In this document: one piece after another, positions 17,170-26,217 of the stretch | Layout of the letters: each line of letters begins with the position of its first letter | Position numbering within the stretch: position 1 is the stretch's first letter | Origin: Bacteroidota bacterium | GTDB lineage: Bacteria; Bacteroidota; Bacteroidia; AKYH767-A; 2013-40CM-41-45 | Reading direction: 5' to 3' | Length of the DNA: 33,226 bases | Assembly (NCBI GenBank): GCA_046052625.1 | Contig: JBJOMA010000294.1 | Coordinates: forward strand, 1-33,226 | Program-made: the position numbers and the translations under genes | The notes under the pieces: model-generated | What the model was told of the DNA's origin: nothing | Seen by the model: only the letters and a program-made list of their open reading frames with translations | Database searches by the model: none

Positions 17170-17538
17170 CTACGCGTTTTTATCCTTAAAAAAACGTCTT
17201 ATCAATACCTTTTTGAATTCACGACGGAGTACGGCATCGGTCAGCTGCCCGTAAAAGGAAGCTCCCTTCGAAAGCTGCAAAAACTCCTTCTCAGGAAGGT
17301 CAATACGATACAGCAACGCGTGAAACGCGGTCATGTCATTTTTATGCAGTTCTTTCAGCACCGGAAGCAGCTGTGACTTCAGTTCGTCATAAGCCGTCAG
17401 TTCATTGCCTGAAAAGCGGATTTCGATACCGAATACCTGAAGGTCTTTTATGACCTGTTCCGCGGTCTGACGAACGATTTCCAAATCGGTCCGGTATCGT
17501 TCGATCGCGTTTTCGTCCACGGATTCAGTCTTTATCAA
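17170..17538 (-). CDS. Hypothetical protein, tightly coupled to the upstream ferredoxin gene
   Basis: Open frame with a helical-looking sequence. The start is uncertain: either TTG at 17538 (14-nt overlap with the ferredoxin gene) or GTG at 17520 (4 nt after its stop). No motif recognised. Confidence 0.5.
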   Translation of the reverse strand: MIKTESVDENAIERYRTDLEIVRQTAEQVIKDLQVFGIEIRFSGNELTAYDELKSQLLPVLKELHKNDMTAFHALLYRIDLPEKEFLQLSKGASFYGQLTDAVLRREFKKVLIRRFFKDKNA

Positions 17539-17845
17539 ATTCTATGATCAGACGCTTAACAGGCTGACCGTTCACGAAGTGCTCCCGTACGATTTCAGAT
17601 ACGTCCTCTTTTTTCAAGCGTCCGTAAAAAACCCCTTCAGGATATACGACCATCGAGGGACCATGTTCACAGGCGTCCAGACAACCTGTGCGCTGTGCTC
17701 TGACTGATGCAGCGAGACCGCTGTCCTTGATCTCCTTTTTGAAGGCCGCTACCAGTTCCATACCGCAGGATTCGCCGCAAGAGGGTCGCGCCGCACCTTC
17801 TGCACGCTGGTTGGTACAGATGAATACATGTCGTTTGAATCGCAT
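17525..17845 (-). CDS. Thioredoxin-like [2Fe-2S] ferredoxin
   Basis: HVFICTNQR...PSCGESCG...GCLDACEHGPSMVVYPEGVFYG...EDVSEIVREH. This is the Cys pattern and layout of the thioredoxin-like 2Fe-2S ferredoxin family. Confidence 0.8.
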   Translation of the reverse strand: MRFKRHVFICTNQRAEGAARPSCGESCGMELVAAFKKEIKDSGLAASVRAQRTGCLDACEHGPSMVVYPEGVFYGRLKKEDVSEIVREHFVNGQPVKRLIIEFDKD

Positions 17846-17922
17846 GAACCAAAGATAGCCGGATGGATCATACGATGCGCTACGGGTTTTTGTTAAATTT
17901 CCGCGACAAAGCCACCATCCTC

Positions 17923-18426
17923 ATGCTTCAATTATCAGAAATAGTCTTGCGATCTGTATCGGTCTATCTGTTCGTCGTGATAGCATTACGCATCTTTGGA
18001 AAAAAGGAATTATCTCAACTGTCTGTGATCGATCTGGTTTTCATTCTGCTCATCAGTAATTCAGTGCAGAATGCGATGGTCGGTTCGAACGCAACGCTTG
18101 TAGGAGGCTTGACCGCGGCCGGCTCGCTCTTTCTGCTCAACTTCCTGCTGAAGAACCTGCTCTATCGCAGTCCGCGGATTTCACGCTTGCTGCAAGGCGA
18201 ACCGGTCCTGCTGGTTCATCAGGGGGAAATACTGGGGGCGAACCTGGACCGCGAAAAAATCTCGATGGATGAGTTACATACCGCCATTCGCGAACACGGG
18301 GTAGCGTCCGTCGAAGAAGTGGATCTCGCAGTGCTTGAACCTGACGGGAACATCAGCATCCTGTCACAGGACTACCGTAAAAAGAGTTCACGCAGACGCA
18401 GGTCACACAAGGTCGTATCCAAATGA
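17923..18426 (+). CDS. DUF421 (YetF-like) membrane protein
   Basis: IALRIFGKKELSQLSVIDLVFILLISNSVQNAMVG is typical of DUF421. The ATG at 17923 is preferred over the track start at 17863, which leaves only 17 nt to the divergent gene. Confidence 0.7.
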   Translation: MLQLSEIVLRSVSVYLFVVIALRIFGKKELSQLSVIDLVFILLISNSVQNAMVGSNATLVGGLTAAGSLFLLNFLLKNLLYRSPRISRLLQGEPVLLVHQGEILGANLDREKISMDELHTAIREHGVASVEEVDLAVLEPDGNISILSQDYRKKSSRRRRSHKVVSK

Positions 18427-18427
18427 A

Positions 18428-18452
18428 AAAGGGGGCTGATTAAGCCCCCTTT
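18428..18452. terminator. Bidirectional terminator between DUF421 and the convergent 1084-aa gene
   Basis: AAAGGGGGCT (18428..18437) pairs with AGCCCCCTTT (18443..18452). Confidence 0.75.
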
Positions 18453-18471
18453 CTATTTATTGACCAACTGA

Positions 18472-21400
18472 TCAGAACTTGACGATCTTCTGGACCGTGT
18501 GCTGACCGTCCACCGTCAGACGAACGGTATAGATACCTGCGTTCTTACCCTCGAAAGAATAAGTATGTGTACCGCCGTTCTGCTTTTCAGCGACTGCGAA
18601 CGATTGTACTTTCTCACCGAGCGCATTGAATACTTCCAGCGAAACGGTAGCGGAAGCGTTCAGACGATATTCGACACGAGTAGTAGAGGCAAAAGGATTC
18701 GGGAATACATTGAACGGAATATTCAATGAAGCCTCTTCCACTCCGACCGGCATGGAGACCAAGATGGAGTAATCCTCCACCTGTCCGTACTGGAGGTTCA
18801 GGCACGGAGCAGGGACCGGGTTGGCAGAATAATCCGATGCGATACGGAAACGGAGCGGCTGTCCGACGACTGCGTTGCCGGGAACGGTGATCGTTCCTGA
18901 GTGATACGTCAAAATCTGCTGGCCGACGTCTGAGAAGACCTGCTCGGTTGCAGGGTCAAGCTGGGTATCCGCGTTCCAGTCGATCCAGGCGATTACGTTC
19001 TCCGGATAGGTGAAGCCGGTTTCTGCAGTGAGCGAATAGCTCTGTCCGCGGACCAGTGTCGTCGTATCGGAACAGGTATAGTTCTGATAACCGTCGATGG
19101 CGTCATTGGAGGCGTTGTTGATGTTAGCGACCGTGACATTCGTAAGGCCGATACCGCAGCAATACTGAGAAGTAAGCGGGTAACAGGTGGTCGGCTGCGG
19201 GCCGGTGATAATGGCCTGCAGGGACTGGATCACGGTGTCACAACCGGCACCGTTACAGGCGATCAGGGTGACCGTGTAGTTGCCGTTCTGCGAATAGTAG
19301 TGCGTAGGGCTGGCAGAGGTCGCAGCAGCAGAACCGTCGCCGAAGTCCCAGGAATACGTGTTCGGAGTATTGATGGCCGTACTGGTGAAGTCGGTCTGAC
19401 CGGTACACGTATTCGACTGATAGGTGAAGTTCATACAGGGGTTCGTACCTACAATGAACGAAATGGCCACCTGGACCGACGGCGTGCGCGGGTCGTTGGA
19501 GACGACGTTTATGTTCGCAGTATAGGTACCGCCCGCCAAGGTTCCGCTGTTGAAGGTTAGCGTCACTGTCTGACTGCCCGCGGGGTTGACGGTGTCTCCG
19601 CTGGTTGTATAGGTGAGCCATGCAGGAAGACCGGTGACGGAATACGTCAGGTCGCTACCGCCGAGGTTCTCAACCAGGAAGGTCTGTGTAGCCGTATTGC
19701 CGCAGGCAGGTGTCGTGGCGGAAACAGTAGCAGGGTTGGCGTTCACATCCGGGGCGGGGAATACGTTGACGGAGAGGCAGACGCTGGTGTCGATATCACT
19801 GTTGTTCACCGAGATGGTGCCGCTGAAGGTACCGGTCGTATTGGAAACGAACGTGATATTCACGACGCCATGAGCACCGGGAACGAGGTAGGTGAACGGG
19901 GCGTTGACAACGAACTGCGGGTTGTTGGAGAGGATGCCGGTGACGAACAGGGTATCACAACCGTTGTTGATCACATCGAAAGAGCGGGTCTCCGGACGGT
20001 ACTGCATCACGCTGCCGAAGTCGACACAGGTGTCGGACAAGGCAACGATCGGATCGCCGGTGATGGTCAGCGTACAAGGGACGAGAACCACCGGGTTAGT
20101 CATGTCGTTATTGGCGACCGGGATGGCGGAGATGTAGGTTCCTGCAGGAAGGCCGGTGGTCTGGAAGGTGACCGTCACGTGAGAGGTATCGCCGGCATTC
20201 AGGGTGTCATTTGTCTGACTGAGTGAAATCCAGGTAGGCAGACCGTTGATTCCGCCCCATTGGATGGCATTCGCAAGGATCTGAGAAGATTCGTTGGTCG
20301 GGTCGAAATAGTCGAACGCGAGGAAGATGGCCTTGCCACTGCCGTAATCAAGCCAGGTGACGACATCCGTTCCCTGATCGGCAACGACTGTATGTTTGTT
20401 GGTATTCGTGATGTCCATCGTGTAGGTGGCGCTCGGTCCGGTAAACGTCGTAGGGACGTTCTGCGCGAGCGGATGAGCCGGGTCTACAACGGTCAGGTTA
20501 TTCTGGACCGCATCGGAATTGTATGTGCCGGAGAAGATGCCGACACTGGTAATGCAGGATACCTGCGAGGAGAAGGCGCCGCAGAAGATGACGGATCCGC
20601 CGTTGTTCACATAGTTCTGGATCACCGGAGCGAGGTTGGTCCAGACCGTGGGGCTGCCGAATTCCTGCTCAGGAATCAACAACACGTTAGTGCCGAAGAG
20701 CAAAGACGAGAGCGTCGCAGGATTGGTAGTGGACGTCTGTGTCAGCACATAGTTTGAGAAATACGGACCGAAGGCGTTGATGGTGCTGGGATATTCAGAG
20801 AACTGGTCCGTACCGTATTTCATCGAAAGGACGCGGACCGGGAGGCCGGTGCTTACGTCCACGTCACTGGTCCAGAAAAGTTCACCGCCCGCCAGGTTGG
20901 TCACATCCATCTGATAGGTGGCAGTATCTCCGCAATAGGCGTTAGCGACGATGGAATCCGGATCGACATTGATCTGCGGAGCAGCTTGTACGGTTACAGA
21001 AAGGTAGGCAGTATCCGACTCCGTGCATGAGAACGCTACGAACATGATGTTGTAGGTGCCGGGCGTGGAATACGCATGCAGCGGGTTCTGAGCACGGGAG
21101 GTGTCACCATCACCGAAATCCCACAACCATCCCGTCGGATTGCCGAGGCTGCTGTCAGAGAATTGGACATTGGTATTAAGCGGCGGTGTAACGTCGTTGA
21201 CAGCACAGGCAGCAGTAGGGGCTACAGAGGCGGCGATGACCGACGACCAGCTGCACTGGAATCCGTCGTTCACAATCGACACGTCAGAGCGCCAGATGAT
21301 CAGCATGGAACCGGAGGTACAGGTGACCGGACCGGGCAACGTGGTTCCGTTCGCATTCAGCAGCTGCGGAGCAGCGACAGTGGTACCGTCATAAACACGG

Positions 21401-21663
21401 AAGAAGTCGAAGTTGGCCTCCGTTGCGAAAGACTGGAACACGAGGGTGATGGAAACCGCGCAAGACGGCTGTACCAACAGCGTGCAGTTTTCGTTGTTCT
21501 GGTACTGACCGGTAGGACCGCCCGTATCGTACAGGGTTCCGGTCGAGTCGGTTGTCGCATTTCCGGGAATCGAACAGATCGTGTACGTCCCTTGTGCTTT
21601 TGCGGCTTGGCCGGCCAACAACAAGGTCACGACAGCCAATGCATTGAGTAATAATCTTTTCAT
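18472..21663 (-). CDS. Large T9SS-secreted multidomain protein: CUB-like, PKD x2, Ig-like/choice-of-anchor-D-like repeats, GEVED, T9SS CTD
   Basis: - The ATG at 21663 gives signal peptide MKRLLLNALAVVTLLLAGQAAKAQ.
- CUB-like: GTLYDTGGPTGQYQNNENCTLLV...ITLVFQSFATEANFDFFRVYDG...IIWRSDVSIVNDGFQCSW.
- PKD: WLWDFGDGDTS and YSWDFGDGSAA.
- GEVED: QYGQVEDYSILV.
- CTD: VFPNPFASTTRVEY...AGIYTVRL. Confidence 0.85.
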   Translation of the reverse strand: MKRLLLNALAVVTLLLAGQAAKAQGTYTICSIPGNATTDSTGTLYDTGGPTGQYQNNENCTLLVQPSCAVSITLVFQSFATEANFDFFRVYDGTTVAAPQLLNANGTTLPGPVTCTSGSMLIIWRSDVSIVNDGFQCSWSSVIAASVAPTAACAVNDVTPPLNTNVQFSDSSLGNPTGWLWDFGDGDTSRAQNPLHAYSTPGTYNIMFVAFSCTESDTAYLSVTVQAAPQINVDPDSIVANAYCGDTATYQMDVTNLAGGELFWTSDVDVSTGLPVRVLSMKYGTDQFSEYPSTINAFGPYFSNYVLTQTSTTNPATLSSLLFGTNVLLIPEQEFGSPTVWTNLAPVIQNYVNNGGSVIFCGAFSSQVSCITSVGIFSGTYNSDAVQNNLTVVDPAHPLAQNVPTTFTGPSATYTMDITNTNKHTVVADQGTDVVTWLDYGSGKAIFLAFDYFDPTNESSQILANAIQWGGINGLPTWISLSQTNDTLNAGDTSHVTVTFQTTGLPAGTYISAIPVANNDMTNPVVLVPCTLTITGDPIVALSDTCVDFGSVMQYRPETRSFDVINNGCDTLFVTGILSNNPQFVVNAPFTYLVPGAHGVVNITFVSNTTGTFSGTISVNNSDIDTSVCLSVNVFPAPDVNANPATVSATTPACGNTATQTFLVENLGGSDLTYSVTGLPAWLTYTTSGDTVNPAGSQTVTLTFNSGTLAGGTYTANINVVSNDPRTPSVQVAISFIVGTNPCMNFTYQSNTCTGQTDFTSTAINTPNTYSWDFGDGSAAATSASPTHYYSQNGNYTVTLIACNGAGCDTVIQSLQAIITGPQPTTCYPLTSQYCCGIGLTNVTVANINNASNDAIDGYQNYTCSDTTTLVRGQSYSLTAETGFTYPENVIAWIDWNADTQLDPATEQVFSDVGQQILTYHSGTITVPGNAVVGQPLRFRIASDYSANPVPAPCLNLQYGQVEDYSILVSMPVGVEEASLNIPFNVFPNPFASTTRVEYRLNASATVSLEVFNALGEKVQSFAVAEKQNGGTHTYSFEGKNAGIYTVRLTVDGQHTVQKIVKF

Positions 21664-21910
21664 GATAAACGGAATTTCTGGTGGTGGATACTGGTCAAAT
21701 TTAGGACTAAAATGGATATTAATCAATGAATGGGCAAGATAAGTGGGTGTTGATATAAAATACTGATTATCTATACTTTAAGTGTGTTTTCAACAGCAGA
21801 ATTCCTTTTTCGGGAAACGGCTTAAAAGAAATAAAAACGCATTTTTACTTCAGGTATGGATCTACCCAAACAACCCATCAGGGGTTCATTTTTTCATCTT
21901 CAATACAGAT

Positions 21911-21940
21911 TGTGGTCATCCGCCGCAACGGATGACCACA
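21911..21940 (-). terminator. 12-bp perfect stem-loop downstream of the M36 protease gene (possible terminator)
   Basis: TGTGGTCATCCG (21911..21922) pairs with CGGATGACCACA (21929..21940). No clear U-tail, so the function is uncertain. Confidence 0.45.
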
Positions 21941-21971
21941 ACGATAAAAATCCTGATCTGCCTGAAGTGGA

Positions 21972-24900
21972 TTACTGCATACGCAATGCACGACATACCG
22001 AAATAACCCCGTCGTGCTCGAGCCGGACTTGGAGCACGGAAGCTCCGGTATGCGGCAACGAAAGTGCAATGTAAGTTCCGCTGAACGACTTCGGTTCAAC
22101 GACCGTGCGTCCCAACGCATCGTAAACAGATACGGTAGTGAGACGTTGCGTACCGGGCGGAAGATATATGCTCAAAGCGCCTTCAGTCCATTGAATGATC
22201 GGCTGCAATACTTCCGGAGAAACAAATCCGGACACGGTGATAGTCACGTTTTGAGTCAGTACAGCTGTGCATCCCGAGGCAGTTGTGACGGTCAATGTCA
22301 CCGTATACGTGCCGGGCTGTGCGTAGACATGCAACGGCGATGCCTGGTTCGAGGAAGTTCCGTCACCGAAATCCCATACGTAGGATGTAACGGTTGTAAC
22401 AGACGGATAATCGAATTGCACGGAAAACCCGGATGTGATCGCCTGAAAAGCGACGGAAGGATCCGGTTCCACCTGCACCGTCGCGACGGCCGAGGAACTG
22501 AGACATGGCAATTCCTGCACCCTCCAATCATAGAGGTAATAATAGAACGTAGCAGGATTGCTGGTGGAGTTGGAAGCTGTTATGGTGAGCAGTCCGGCTG
22601 CGGTGTAAGGATACGTAGCACCTGCATTGTTGCGGTACAAGTTCGACCCCGCGGCCACTCCGATCTCGTAATTGCCTGCTACCGGTATGTCGAAATTCAG
22701 GGTGACACGACTTTGGCCGGCCGGCACATTGATGATCTGAGATTGGATCAGTGAGCCGGAACCGGAATAGAGATTAAATGTCCTTGCCGCTGTGCCGGAA
22801 GCGTCTACGAGTACGGACACGATCCGCACCGGAACCAAAGTGGTGAACAACAGCTTTCCTTCAAACGTAGTGTTGTGGTAGTTGCCCGTGCCGAAGGCGG
22901 TGTTAGCAGGCCCTACCGATGCGACCGGCGTCGGTGTATATTGTCGCGCCTGCAATGTCGCAGGCGCATTGAGCGGCGCAGTCGTGAATGTCGATCCGGT
23001 ACCGATTAATACGTTTCCGGTCGCGTCGTACCATTCCGTTGAATCGCCGGGTGCGACCACAGATGAAAATGTAACCGGACTGCCGATACATACGGAAGCC
23101 GGGGCGGAAATGACCGGTGCGGCAGGAGAGGTGACTGAAATGTAATTCGTCAGCACCAAGGTGTCGGAACCGATCGTATTGGAGACGACAAGTGTGACTG
23201 TGTACTGGCCGCCGTTGGTGTAAGTGTGAACCGGATTCTGCAGTTGTGATCCCGTTCCGTCTCCGAAATCCCAATCCCATGTCTGTGCGATATCGGTTGA
23301 CTGGTCCGTGAAGCGCACGGTTCCGTAACAGGTGGTGGTGACGTCTGCACTGAAGGCGGCAGTAGGTGCAACCGTAGGTGTCTGACAGAAAGAAGGCACG
23401 GTGAAATCAGCGGTCTCATCGCCCGCATTCGATGCGGAACCCTGCAATGCATTCGCTCCCATACCGCGACGCGCAAAGACTTCCCAGATCATGCACCGAT
23501 GCGCTCCGCCGTATAAGTTGTTGTCGGCAGCAAGAATCGCATCACGACCGTCCAGGAATCCGGGTCCGCAGGGCTGTAGTTTCATTCCTTCCATTACAAG
23601 TCGTAACGCGATGTTGTTTCCGCCGGTCCCGTTGATCCAATCGGGATCGAAGCCGGATTGGGCGATCAGCGCCCAGGTGAGGTCCCACAACGTCACACAC
23701 CAGATCTCTCCGATGTCATGCACTTCCTGACTTACCGCAAGATCGGCATACGTCTGCGGATTGACGGACATGTCCGTCGAATACGGATAGCGGCGGATAC
23801 CGCTGCCGGTGACGGGCTCCGAAACAGCATAGGTGCCGATTCCGCGGGCATCCGTACCGTTGTCGCCCGGCTCAATCGTATACATCAGGGAAAACCAGTC
23901 GCTCCAGCCTTCTCCGCCTTGTTCGCCGTTGTTCAGGCAATTGGAATTGTTCGGTCCGCCGGTCAGACGATTCGAAACACCATGTCCGTACTCGTGCGCA
24001 ACGATTCCGTTATCGAATGATCCGTCCAGGTCCTGTATGATGGTGACGGGCGGCTGAAGCGTGCCGTTGACGGCTCCTGCGGCGATCGCCGCTTTGATGA
24101 CTGCTCCGTCCGCCTGTGAAATCATCACGGCCGGAATCGAAGTCGTTCCGGTTCCGCCCATCGATATCGGCGATCCTGCCTGATTGTTGCAGACGATAAC
24201 GGCAATAGCCCCGGCGTTCTGGGCGGCTGTGACCTTACTGATGAAGGTACAAGTACCGCGGTCGATGACAGCAATCTTACCGGACAAGGCGGCGGCATTC
24301 TGGATCGGATCGCAAGCATCGGTAGCGGGAGCAACACCGTCATCCACGAGCACCAAGTCAGCAGTGATGGGCACAGTGATTCCGGGTCCGAAGCCCGCTT
24401 CGATGGCGGTATAATTGCCGGCGATACCGGCAGGCGAGTTGATCTGCAAGGTGGAAGCGGTGGCGCCGGACCAGAGATACATCTGCATACGACCGTTCAT
24501 GCCGTCGTCGGGCGTCGCGAAATTCGCGTTATTGGTTCCGCCCCCGTCCTGACATTCGGCTTCTACGTAATCGTTACCGGCACCCTGGCCGGTATAATTC
24601 GTCTGCTGGAAATTGCCGCCTGCTTCATCAAGACCATAATGATACAGGACGTCATGCACCCAATTGTTCACATAAAAAAGATTCGTGATAGACGCATTGA
24701 GATAGGTGGAAGGCGCCTGTGATAGGTTGACAGGGAAATTGAAATTCATCGAAGCGCCGCCGTCTGCGAATGTCCCCGGAGCGTTGTTGTTGGCGATGTC
24801 GTCGTAGGCATGGACATTATTCCCCTGTGTGGTGGTGAACTCGTCTCCCGGCTGACCGTTGGTATCGTGCCAGCCGTAAGGCGATGCAGCAGGATCCGCC

Positions 24901-25739
24901 GGGTTCGTCAGGATGGTCCTTGAACCGAAACTGGGGGCTTCGAGCGGGAACGCATAGACTTCATAGGTCGGCAGTGAGGAGCTGCTCCGGGCGGACGGCG
25001 TGGACGTTGCAACGCTGGTCATGGGTTGAGTCGCGGTCGTTGGATGTGGCGCACCGAAATCGCAACTCACCGTCCAGTCGTTCTTGTCCAGCAGTCGTCC
25101 GTCAACAGCATCGAATCGCAGGTTCCACCAATGCGTGGAATTCGGGGGAGCGATATTGACGTTCCACACCAGTCGGACTTCCTCTTCGACCGGCAACAGA
25201 AACAGGGTTACTTGGAGGTTCTCGGTGGAGAGATTGCCGGGTGCATAAATGTATTTCTCCAGGGAGGGAATATCGGTAAGCAGGATAAAAGAATCCGGCG
25301 GATCGATTCCGAAATATGCGGCTGCTTTCCGAATGGCATCCGTCGGAGACAGTACAGGCCGTGTCGTATTCACTTTACGCGCCAGATCTTGAACGAAACG
25401 GGAAGCGAATGAAAGGACCTCGCCATCGCGCAGTGAAAACGGACTGACCGCGTTGAATACACGAATGCCTGCATGAGTTTGTTGCACATAGACATAGGTA
25501 CACTGCGTACCCGCATTCGAAGAGATGTCACTGACCTCCCACTCCGTTATATCTTTCTTGCCGAGTCCGAGCGGCCCGCTTTGGACAGCAAGGTGTTGTT
25601 GCACAGAAGGCCGGAGTCGTTCAGCAAGCGTTCGCTGTTCATCGCTGAGCAGGCCGTAGGACGGCGTTCCGGCATAAGCAGAAGAGATGAAGGACAGAAG
25701 ACAAACTAGATTAAGAAATCGCAGTACCGTATTGACCAT
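21972..25739 (-). CDS. M36 (fungalysin-type) extracellular zinc metalloprotease with propeptide, PA-domain insertion, two PKD domains and a C-terminal sorting-like domain
   Basis: - Signal peptide: MVNTVLRFLNLVCLLSFISSAYA.
- FTP-type propeptide string: YVQQTHAGIRVFNA.
- Zinc site HEYGHGVSNRLTGGP plus GGEGWSDWF, as in fungalysins.
- PA-like: GKIAVIDRGTCTFISKVTAAQNAGAIAVIV.
- PKD: WDWDFGDGTGS and YVWDFGDGTSS.
- The C-terminal beta-domain lacks the usual PNP string. Confidence 0.85.
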   Translation of the reverse strand: MVNTVLRFLNLVCLLSFISSAYAGTPSYGLLSDEQRTLAERLRPSVQQHLAVQSGPLGLGKKDITEWEVSDISSNAGTQCTYVYVQQTHAGIRVFNAVSPFSLRDGEVLSFASRFVQDLARKVNTTRPVLSPTDAIRKAAAYFGIDPPDSFILLTDIPSLEKYIYAPGNLSTENLQVTLFLLPVEEEVRLVWNVNIAPPNSTHWWNLRFDAVDGRLLDKNDWTVSCDFGAPHPTTATQPMTSVATSTPSARSSSSLPTYEVYAFPLEAPSFGSRTILTNPADPAASPYGWHDTNGQPGDEFTTTQGNNVHAYDDIANNNAPGTFADGGASMNFNFPVNLSQAPSTYLNASITNLFYVNNWVHDVLYHYGLDEAGGNFQQTNYTGQGAGNDYVEAECQDGGGTNNANFATPDDGMNGRMQMYLWSGATASTLQINSPAGIAGNYTAIEAGFGPGITVPITADLVLVDDGVAPATDACDPIQNAAALSGKIAVIDRGTCTFISKVTAAQNAGAIAVIVCNNQAGSPISMGGTGTTSIPAVMISQADGAVIKAAIAAGAVNGTLQPPVTIIQDLDGSFDNGIVAHEYGHGVSNRLTGGPNNSNCLNNGEQGGEGWSDWFSLMYTIEPGDNGTDARGIGTYAVSEPVTGSGIRRYPYSTDMSVNPQTYADLAVSQEVHDIGEIWCVTLWDLTWALIAQSGFDPDWINGTGGNNIALRLVMEGMKLQPCGPGFLDGRDAILAADNNLYGGAHRCMIWEVFARRGMGANALQGSASNAGDETADFTVPSFCQTPTVAPTAAFSADVTTTCYGTVRFTDQSTDIAQTWDWDFGDGTGSQLQNPVHTYTNGGQYTVTLVVSNTIGSDTLVLTNYISVTSPAAPVISAPASVCIGSPVTFSSVVAPGDSTEWYDATGNVLIGTGSTFTTAPLNAPATLQARQYTPTPVASVGPANTAFGTGNYHNTTFEGKLLFTTLVPVRIVSVLVDASGTAARTFNLYSGSGSLIQSQIINVPAGQSRVTLNFDIPVAGNYEIGVAAGSNLYRNNAGATYPYTAAGLLTITASNSTSNPATFYYYLYDWRVQELPCLSSSAVATVQVEPDPSVAFQAITSGFSVQFDYPSVTTVTSYVWDFGDGTSSNQASPLHVYAQPGTYTVTLTVTTASGCTAVLTQNVTITVSGFVSPEVLQPIIQWTEGALSIYLPPGTQRLTTVSVYDALGRTVVEPKSFSGTYIALSLPHTGASVLQVRLEHDGVISVCRALRMQ

Positions 25740-25947
25740 GGCAGTTCAGGATTGGATTAGGATCCATAAAAATAACGGAACCGGAGATATGCAAGCAAGG
25801 TGATCACCATTAATTATCGGCCATCCGCCGAAAATCATCGAATGCACATGATTAAAAAACAGGTAAACAATACAGCCTTGCGTGATTCAAAATACCGAAC
25901 GGTTGATTCTGCCCTTTGTATCCATGGATGCATGAAGGATTCTCCCC

Positions 25948-26202
25948 TCAGTTCCCTTTATGCTTTTTGTAAATCATCTGACACACCTTGTCCATGGCTT
26001 TGAAAACTGCCGTATCAATCGCAGGTGCCCTGGAGATGCTGGTCAACGTGACAACGGCATTATATAATACATCATTTTGTTGTCGCGGTATGCGCTCGAT
26101 AAAATCGATCTTATTACTTCCCTTGGGCGAATCAGAAACGATCACCTCTTCGGTTTTAACGTCTATTGCAAAGAGCATGTTCTTAGTCGTCGCTTTGATC
26201 AT
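25948..26202 (-). CDS. Small hypothetical protein (84 aa) directly downstream of the HNH gene
   Basis: ATG start 15 nt after the HNH stop, on the same strand. No signal peptide and no recognisable motif. AT-richer codon usage than the flanking chromosome. Confidence 0.5.
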   Translation of the reverse strand: MIKATTKNMLFAIDVKTEEVIVSDSPKGSNKIDFIERIPRQQNDVLYNAVVTLTSISRAPAIDTAVFKAMDKVCQMIYKKHKGN

Positions 26203-26217
26203 TCAGTTCATGGGTTT

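Noticed and set aside
19253-21651. Several 80-190-aa ORFs on both strands within 18472..21663 (for example 20260..20757 and 21076..21651).
   Set aside because: They overlap the strongly supported 1084-aa multidomain gene. Their sequences are Arg/Gly-rich without signal or domain features.
22014-22754. 246-aa plus-strand ORF opposite the 3' part of the M36 protease gene.
   Set aside because: It is a shadow frame of the PKD/CTD-coding region, with no recognisable motif.
572-23280. Dispersed 17-nt motif CCGTCNCCGAAATCCCA, seen near 572, 21108, 22360 and 23262 with a variant near 19339.
   Set aside because: It is the reverse complement of the coding sequence for the PKD-domain signature WDFGDG in four different genes. 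Protein-level conservation explains it; it is not a DNA element.
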